From NCBI GenBank assembly GCA_964016885.1, contig OZ024762.1, positions 28,892,001-28,956,000 of the forward strand: a stretch of DNA of 64,000 bases, written 5' to 3'. The notes below the pieces were generated by a model. That model was not told the DNA's origin. It saw only the letters and a program-made list of their open reading frames with translations, and did not search any database. A program made the position numbers and the translations under genes. Positions 55,725 through 64,000 of the stretch are shown here, in pieces. Within the stretch, counting starts at the first letter, position 1. The number at the start of each line of letters is the position of its first letter. Origin of the DNA: Eledone cirrhosa. Its lineage: Eukaryota.

Positions 55725-56719
55725 TCTACTATTGTATTTTCACAGTAAAGGCCTTACCTCACATAATATCTCACATAACATTTACATTACTCTATATATA
55801 CTATTGTATTTTCACAGTAAAGGCTTTACCTCACATAATACCTCGCATAACATTTACATTACTCTATATATACTATTGTATTTTCACAGTAAAGGCTTTA
55901 CCTCACATAATATCTCACATAACATTTACATTACTCTATATATACTATTGTATTTTCACAGTAAAGGCTTTACCTCACATAATACCTCACATAACATTTA
56001 CATTACTCTATATATACTATTGTATTTTCACAGTAAAGGCTTTACCTCTCATAATACCTCACATAACATTTACATTACTCTATATATACTATTGTATTTT
56101 CACAGTAAAGGCTTTACCTCACATAATACCTCACATAACATTTACATTACTCTATATATACTATTGTATTGTCACAGTAAAGGCTTTACTTCACATGATA
56201 CCTCACATAACATTTACGTTACTCTATATATACTATTGTATTTTTGTGGTAAAGGCATTACCTCACATAATATCTCACATAACATTTACATGACTCTATA
56301 TATACTATTGTATTGTCACAGTAGAGGCTTTTCCTCACATGATACCTCACATAACATTTACATTACTCTATATATACTATTGTATTGTCACAGTAAAGGC
56401 TTTACTTCACATAATATCTCACATAGCATTTACATTACTCTTTATATACTATTGTATTTTCACAGTAGAGGCTTTACCTCACATAATACCTCACATAACA
56501 TTTACATGACTCTATATATATACTATTGTATTTTCAAAGTAAAGGCTTTACTTCACATAATATCTCACATAACATTTACATGACTCTATATATACTATTG
56601 TATTGTCACAGTAAAGGCTTTACCTCACATAATATCTCACATAACATTTACATTACTCTATATATACTATTGTATTTTCACAGTAAAGGCTTTACCTCAC
56701 ATAATATCTCACATAACAT
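55725..56719. repeat. 72-bp tandem repeat (~14 copies) derived from the MITE subterminal region
   Basis: acatttacattactctatatatactattgtattttcacagtaaaggctttacctcacataatatctcacata unit; matches the first ~75 bp of MITE 14497-14717. Confidence 0.95.
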
Positions 56720-56929
56720 CTCGTATACGAGAGACGTGTGTTGACGTGTGTGAACAAGCTCGGCTACCGAGTCGGATTTACTTACTCAAAAAGTGAGTTT
56801 TGATTAATTTTTTATACTGTAATATACGTTAACCCCTTGCCTTGGTCGTCAAACTTTGAGTTTATTTATTTTCGCCCCTTTTTGGGGCGAATTTTCCAGT
56901 TAAAAATTTATTACGGCAAACTAATAGAA

Positions 56930-58654
56930 ATGGACGGAATTTTCACATCTCATCCTAACGTGAAAGCCACGCCCCCTAAGAAAGGTGATACAGAGAAGCT
57001 AGAAGCACAAGGCTCTAAGTCTTCCCTCCTGACTTCTGCAAAAGAAACATGGAACACGGAATTAAAAGAAAAATTTGTAAAAATGGGTGAAAACCCAGAA
57101 AGTCACATAAACGCAGACAAAAACAACAACGACAATAACAGCAATAGTCACAACACCAACCAAGGAAAAAATAACGATAACACCAAACAAAGCGAACCCA
57201 CTACTGGTACCTCCTTTGCACAGGCGGTCCGGAAAACACAAACCTGCAAGCAACTGGACATTACAACTCTGAGAGAAAAGATGAAGGAAGCGAAACAGTA
57301 TGTAACTTTCAAAGAAGGAGGAGACTTCACAATCACCTCCCCACAAGAAATCAAAAGAGACACGACGCTAAGAACGATATCTTTCAGAACAATTTCTAAC
57401 ATAACAAGGAAACCAACTCAATTATCCCAAAAAGAGATTGAGCTGGTCCTAAAAAATGTGTGGAGTGATATATCGTTCATACAAAAAGGGCCACTCTATG
57501 GGAATATAACGGTCCTAATGAAGGATCAATTGACGGCCAGGAAATACTCTGTGGCGCCAATTGTTTCCAAGCTACATACATTTTTCCCCACATATTTAGG
57601 GAAAAGAACGCAGAAGATAAGGGTCTCCGGAATCCGGCCAAATGCATGCATTTCCTGGGTACTAACAGGATTTTTAGAAGACGAGGACGGAATCCTTTCA
57701 GTAGGAGAAGTCACCACAGACGTTTTTGGCGGTTTGAGCGTGGAGGTTCTGGGCCAAATGAGACCAGAACGAATAGCTAGAATACCACAGAGGGTGTCCC
57801 TTGATGGAGAAACATTTATATATATTTCAGCCGAGGGTAGGAGGCCCATATGTTACTACTGTTCAAGCAGGGGTCATCTAAGGGCTGCTTGTCCTCAATT
57901 GACAAAAAAAAAGGCTCTTTTGCCTACACCCCACACACCACCGCCACCACCACCACCACCACCACCACAACAACAACAAAAACAACACGGAAAAATAACA
58001 CAAGACACGGCCCCACCCAAAACAACTCCCAAAACACACACAAATACAACAAAACCCCAAAATACACCACTACCCGACAGCACGGACGAGGACCCAGCGG
58101 AAACGGCACCTAGTGACGAAGAGGGGGAACCCTTCCAACCTGTAAAAAGGAAAACAAGAAAGCACCACTCGAACATAAACGAAACAAACACACAACCACC
58201 AACAAAAACAAAACAAACAGAACAAACAAAATCCGCCCCGACCCAAAACATAACACATACAACAAAACGTAAGCACACAAAAGAACAACAAACAAACACA
58301 ACACAAATAAAACAGTATACATACATTAACACAAATAACAAAGAACTAGTAAAAACAATACACAAAGACCCTTTGGTGGAAACTGAAGGGCAATTCTTTG
58401 CAAGCGCGGCCAACAAACCGCATTTAAAAATGATAAGACTCCCAATGGACACCTATGCAAAACTAAGAGAGAACTTTCCTGAGGACGTGGGGAAAACATG
58501 TACTCGACCCTATAACCGCGTCCTCTTGAAACGTTTCCCCACCCACACCTCACCAAACACCCCCACTCCACCACAGAACAACACCCCACCAAACAACCCC
58601 TCCAATACGCCCATGGATATTGTGCAACCTGCTCCTCAGGAGCCGAACAGGTAG
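56930..58654 (+). CDS. Tx1-like ORF1 (gag-like, zinc knuckle), 574 aa from the first ATG
   Basis: CYYCSSRGHLRAAC knuckle followed by a Pro/Thr/Gln-rich tail. Confidence 0.88.
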   Translation: MDGIFTSHPNVKATPPKKGDTEKLEAQGSKSSLLTSAKETWNTELKEKFVKMGENPESHINADKNNNDNNSNSHNTNQGKNNDNTKQSEPTTGTSFAQAVRKTQTCKQLDITTLREKMKEAKQYVTFKEGGDFTITSPQEIKRDTTLRTISFRTISNITRKPTQLSQKEIELVLKNVWSDISFIQKGPLYGNITVLMKDQLTARKYSVAPIVSKLHTFFPTYLGKRTQKIRVSGIRPNACISWVLTGFLEDEDGILSVGEVTTDVFGGLSVEVLGQMRPERIARIPQRVSLDGETFIYISAEGRRPICYYCSSRGHLRAACPQLTKKKALLPTPHTPPPPPPPPPPQQQQKQHGKITQDTAPPKTTPKTHTNTTKPQNTPLPDSTDEDPAETAPSDEEGEPFQPVKRKTRKHHSNINETNTQPPTKTKQTEQTKSAPTQNITHTTKRKHTKEQQTNTTQIKQYTYINTNNKELVKTIHKDPLVETEGQFFASAANKPHLKMIRLPMDTYAKLRENFPEDVGKTCTRPYNRVLLKRFPTHTSPNTPTPPQNNTPPNNPSNTPMDIVQPAPQEPNR

Positions 58655-61600
58655 GTCCTTCCTCTTTTAACCAACATCGCTGATATAAGAGTTGGGTGTC
58701 TGAATGTACGTGGCCTGGGACTGTCTTGGAAACAAGGCAAACTTTTAAACGATCTCAGGTCGCATAGAATGGATGTAATGGCTATTTGCGAGTCCAGGAT
58801 CAGCAGCGAGCACCAACTGGCGCCCCTCTTCGACGACTTTGAGATCTTCGCATCTCTCTGTCAACCGGGGGGTGGGGGTGGAGTTGTCGTTCTGCTGCGA
58901 AAACACCTGGGCCTCGACATACAGAAGGTGCACCTGGACCCGGAGGGTCGACTGGTGGTTTTAGACGTCGGCAGTAGTGAAAGTGGAGCCCTTAGACTAA
59001 TAGCTCTGTACGCCCCTTTTTGGGCAGCGCGGCCGGAATACTTCCAACGTCTGGAAACTTTTCTGGGAACGTCCCGCTCCTTGCTTTTAGTGGGGGACTG
59101 GAATGGTATCCTGGATGCACGTTGGGACTATGTAGGGGCATGTGCCAATAGAGGGGGGTGTAAAAGCCTCAAAAGGTTAATCGGACGATTTGACCTGGCC
59201 GATAGATATCGACTAGATTTTCCGACTGTACCACTATGGACGTGGACCAATCGTAGTGGAACATCTAGGTCGTACCTAGATAGGGTCCTAGTTAGAGAGA
59301 ACGATAGGGACACATTTAGCTGTCCAAAAATGTTCATGGTTGACTATTCGGATCACAAGTTAGTGACCTGCATAGCCAACCTTGATAGAACCCATAGACA
59401 GGGACCCGGTTACTGGAAGCTGAACTTGTCCTTACCGAGAAGCAAAGCTTACAGTAAACGGATTAGCACGTTAGTTAAGCAGAGTTTGACAGGGGCAATT
59501 GTCAACAACAGGTGGTGGAGCTCTCTTAAGAGAGCAATTAGAATAGAATCGATAGGTTTTAGTCAGGAATTAGCAAGGGATAGGAACAAGATGGAAAGGG
59601 AATTAGTAGATAGAGTAGAAGAGGCGATTAGAAGTGGCAATGTAGCCGGCGTGCTGGCATCAAGAATGGCCTTAGACCAGTTCTTTGAGGTGAAGCATGA
59701 AGGCTGCGTTGTCAGGAGTAAAATACGTGCTCTGGGTAATGAGGGAGCCAAAGCTGTGAGCTGGGCCCGAGTGACAGAGGCAAAAAGTGGGAACAAGTCC
59801 ACGATTCGGTCTTTGAAGGACCAGGATGGGCGTGTGATCCTTGAACCTGGGCAGATGTGTGCGGCCTTTCAGCGGCACTTTGCACGACTGTTCGAGAGGG
59901 GCAGCGCGCCGGGTGAGACTATGGATTTCAATCCATACCTCGACGGTCTGCCGCGCCTCTCGGACGCGGAGGCGAAGTCCTGCGAAAGGACGATTTCAGC
60001 TGCTGAGATAGGGGCGGCGCTGAGCCAATGCGGCAAACGCAAATCCCCGGGTCTCGATGGTCTACCATACGAGCTATATGTAGCGATGCCGGACTTGTTC
60101 TCCGATATCCTCGAAGCGGTCTACTGCAACTGGCAGCAGAACGGGAGAATTCCCAGTTCTGTGACCAAGGGCGTAGTTACGCTGGTGAGGAAGGATGAGA
60201 ACAAGGGGGATGACATAAGTAACTTCAGGCCCATAACTCTGCTAAATACAGAGTTAAAGATTTTGGCCAAGGTGTTAGCGAAGAGGTTGGCGCTTGTCGT
60301 TGGAAACCTGGTGGGAGAAGCGCAGACATGCGCAATCCCGTCCAGGTCCATTCACGACAATCTCCACCTTATGCGATACATCATAGAGAGGGTAGGGAAT
60401 GAACCCGGCTTTGGTGGGGCCCTGATCAACTTGGATCAATCTAAAGCTTTCGATAGGGTTGACCATCGTTACCTGGATGCGATGCTCGCGGCGGCAGGCT
60501 TCGGACCCGTTTTCAGGGGTTGGATTGCTGCGATGCACAGCAGCAACGTCTGCTCAAGGGTCAAGGTGAACGGCCACCTCTCGGAGCCGTTCCAAATCAT
60601 GCGATCCATCCGACAGGGATGCCCTCTCTCCTCCCTACTGTATGTGCTGGCTCTTTAGCCACTACTGCGGAAGTTGGAGCGGTTGCAGGGCATCCCTTTG
60701 GAACCGGGATTGCAGAAAGCGGCGTCGGCCTACGCCGATGACGTGACAGTAATGGTGTCGAAAACCTCGCAAATCGGTGAGATTGGCACCTTACTGCAGG
60801 AATATGAAAGGTTTACAGGAGCCAAGCTGAACCGGGACAAGTCCGTCGGTTTGCAACTCGGAACATGGAGAGGCAAACCGATGCCCTCCAACGAGGTCGT
60901 CGGACGCTGGACAGAGGGCCCGGTGAAGCTGCTTGGGGTCTGGTTCGGACCAGACCTCCAGGTGGAGAAAAACTGGAACGAGTTAACGGCCAGGGTGTTT
61001 GCCCTCACCCAGAAGTGGGCCCAGTGCAAACTATCCCTGAAAGGTCGAGCGGAGGTGGCGAATACTTATATAGCATCCATCATCTACTACCGCTTGACCG
61101 TCGTGCCTTGCCCAGTGAAAAGACTCGCCAAAATGGAGTGCGCGCTGTTCCAATTTCTTTGGAACAAGCGGACCCCTTTGGTGAGGAGATCCATCTGCTG
61201 TCAACACCCTTCGAAAGGAGGGCTGGGGATGCCGTGGCTACAGATGCGTAAACACGCATTAAGGCTACGGCACCTCCAGGTATTCCTCACCGGTCAACCG
61301 GTGTGGGCCCCGTTTGTGAGGCGAGCCTTTCCCAGACTCGTCTCACTCACCGAGTTGCAAACCTGGGTCAAGCAAAGACCGAGAAAAGTGGGCGACTGGC
61401 ACATTGAATGTGCCCAGGCGCTCACGGCCCTCTGGAAAGCGGACCCGGCAATCAGTGGAGACTCCACCTCGACATTCTATAGAGGGTTGGTACGCAGCAG
61501 GTGCGACGATGCTCTCGGAGAAGCTCTAGGCATGGAGGAAGATGAACTGGCCAGTCTGTTCGGTAGGACGTTTGGCCCTGGACCGATGGACAACTTCCAA

Positions 61601-62113
61601 AAGTCCCTAGCTTGGCAGTGCTACCGAGGGGCTCTACCCATTCGAGACAAGCTCCACAGGCATGGGAGCCTGCGTAGAGATCTTTTAAATAAGATCTGTC
61701 CGAGATGCGTGCATGATGACGAAACCGTTGCGCTCGCATTCGTACACTGCCCAGGCATTGCTGACCTGTGGGGCTATGTGGAACGACTACTGTCGAGGGT
61801 GGGACCAATCCGGTTGACCACCGAGTCCATTGTCACGATCAAACCGCCTCCCCCTTTCAAAAACGAAGGAGAAGCGGTTTTTCTCTGTGTGATAGCCATG
61901 GCTAAAGAAGTTGTATGGTGGACGAGGCTGAAAGGGCTGAGGTCAGACACCTTTCTCTCCGGCCAACAACTGGTCCCCTTTTTCAAATACCATTTTAAAA
62001 GAAGGATCAGAATGGAGAGAGAGGTGCTCTACCCCAGCAAGTTTTATGAAAGGTGGGTGAAAGTAGGGAGAATGGCCAGAGTGAATGGGTCTTCTCTCTA
62101 TATCAGCCTGTAG
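58655..62113 (+). pseudogene. Tx1-like ORF2 (APE endonuclease + reverse transcriptase) with one internal TAG at 60656-60658
   Basis: LNVRGL, VGDWNG, SYLDRV, SDHK, GPGYWKLN, SPGLDGL, FRPITLLN, LDQSKAFDRV, RQGCPLS, AYADD; same frame on both sides of the stop (LAL*PLL, expected E). Confidence 0.9.
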
Positions 62114-62350
62114 GTGAAAGAAGAGGAAAAAGAGGAGACGAGGGAAGCACCTACTCTTTGTGCTCCTGAGGAGAAGGGTTGCACATTTTTTCCGGGGTAT
62201 GTGCGACCCATGTTGATGCCCCCTCCCTATTGAGGACTTCGTTTGTTGTTGTTATTTCATTGTTATATTTTTGTACTCGTTAATTATATGTAAACTTCCC
62301 CCCTTGTATCTGTCCCTACCTTTTGTGCCCTAGTGGCAAATAAAGAAACC

Positions 62351-62487
62351 ACTCTATATATACTATTGTATTTTCACAGTAAAGGCTTTACCTCACATAA
62401 TATCTCACATAACATTTACATTACTCTATATATACTATTGTATTTTCACAGTAAAGGCTTTACCTCACATAATATCTCACATAACAT
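62351..62487. repeat. 72-bp repeat spacer (65+72 bp) between the two Tx1 copies
   Basis: Same unit as 55725-56719. Confidence 0.93.
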
Positions 62488-64000
62488 CTCGTATACGAGA
62501 GACGTGTGTTGACGTGTGTGAACAAGCTCGGCTACCGAGTTGGATTTACTTACTCAAAAATGAGTTTTGATTAATTTTTTATACTGTAATATACGTTAAC
62601 CCCTTGCCTTGGTCGTCAAACTTTGAGTTTATTTATTTTCGCCCCTTTTTGGGGCGAATTTTCCAGTTAAAAATTATTACGGCAAACTAATAGAAATGGA
62701 TGGAATTTTCACATCTCATCCTAACGAGAAAGCCACGGCCCCTAAGAAAGGTGATACAGAGAAGCTAGAAGCACAAGACTCTAAGTCTTTCCTCCTCACT
62801 TCTGCAAAAGAAACATGGAACACGGAATTAAAAGAAAAAATTGTAAAGATGGGTGAAAACCCAGAAAGTCACATAAACGCAGACAAAAACAACAATGACA
62901 ATAACAGCAATAGTCACAACACCAACCAAGGAAAAAATAACGATAACACCAAACAAAGCGAACCCACTACTGGTGCCTCCTTTGCACAGGCGGTCCGGAA
63001 AACATAGACCTGCAAGCAACTGGACATTACAACTCTGAGAGAAAAGATGAAGGAAGCGAAACAGTATGTAACTTTCAAAGAAGGAGGAGACTTCACAATC
63101 ACCTCCCCACAAGAAATCAAAAGAGACACGACGCTAAGAACGATATCCTTCAGAACAATTTCCAACATAACAAGGAAACCAACTCAATTATCCCAAAAAG
63201 AGATTGAGCTGGTCCTAAAAAATGTGTGGAGTGATATAGCGTTCATACAAAAAGGGCCACTCTATGGGAATATAACGGTCCTAATGAAGGATCAATTGAC
63301 GGCCAGGAAATACTCTGTGGCGCCAATTGTTTCCAAGCTACATACATTTTTCCCCACATATTTAGGGAAAAGAACGCAGAAGATAAGGGTCTCCGGAATC
63401 CGGCCAAATGCATGCATTTCCTGGGTACTAACAGGATTTTTAGAAGACGAGGACGGAATCCTTTCAGTAGGAGAAGTCACCACAGACGTTTTTGGCGGTT
63501 TGAGCGTGGAGGTTCTGGGCCAAATGAGACCAGAACGAATAGCTAGAATACCACAGAGGGTGTCCCTCGATGGAGAAACATTTATATATATTTCAGCCGA
63601 GGGTAGGAGGCCCATATGTTACTACTGTTCAAGCAGGGGTCATCTAAGGGCTGCTTGTCCTCAATTGACAAAAAAAAAGGCTCTTTTGCCTACACCCCAC
63701 ACACCACCACCGCCACCACCACCACCACCACCTCCACCACCACCACCACCACAACAACAACAAAAACAACACGGAAAAATAACACAAGACACGGCCCCAC
63801 CCAAAACAACTCCCAAAACACACACAAATACAACAAAACCCCAAAATACACCACTACCCGACAGCACGGACGAGGACCCAGCGGAAATGGCACCTAGTGA
63901 CGAAGAGGGGGAACCCTTCCAGCCTGTAAAAAGGAAAAAAAGAAAGCACCACTCGAACATAAACGAAACAAACACACAACCACCAACAAAAACAAAACAA
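62488..64000 (+). mobile_element. Second Tx1-like copy (5'UTR + ORF1; cut by the window end), premature TAG at 63005
   Basis: Near-identical to 56720-58215, with scattered SNPs and a longer (CCA)n tract. Confidence 0.92.

Larger units (their letters stand above)
56720..62350 (+). mobile_element. Full-length Tx1-clade (L1 group) non-LTR retrotransposon
   Basis: ORF1 with CCHC knuckle; ORF2 with APE, RT and C-terminal zinc finger; ends AATAAAGAAACC without poly(A). Confidence 0.92.

Noticed and set aside
55691-56744. 200-283 aa repetitive ORFs
   Set aside because: A by-product of a stop-poor 72-bp (3n) non-coding repeat derived from a MITE.
57062-61986. Numerous antisense and alternate-frame ORFs over the Tx1 element
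   Set aside because: Shadows of compositionally biased ORF1/ORF2, with no independent motifs.

Overview
AT-rich, repeat-dense eukaryotic (animal) DNA, most likely octopus/cephalopod. This is inferred from CEICGK-type C2H2 zinc-finger arrays, RTE LINEs with (GAT)n tails and a recurrent tRNA-like SINE; no database search was run. Positions ~300-21,560 form a large imperfect inverted duplication: the right arm carries an intact 14-finger C2H2 gene, and the left arm has lost most of it. A second inverted duplication (~23.4-40.2 kb) carries two damaged ZNF paralogs. The window also holds Helitron-like, Merlin, hAT and TTAA (piggyBac-like) DNA elements, two non-coding LTR elements with tRNA-Trp primer sites, a 76-bp satellite ending in an assembly gap, and two exons of an EGF + F-type-lectin gene. 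Two signals stand out. (1) Two Tx1-clade non-LTR retrotransposons sit at the identical nucleotide of a 72-bp tandem repeat amplified from the end of a TTAA MITE, a candidate target-specific retroelement/host-transposon system. (2) Five type I hammerhead ribozyme motifs occur in Penelope-like or retrozyme-like contexts, one inside a TSD-flanked, circularly permuted 425-bp retrozyme-like unit.
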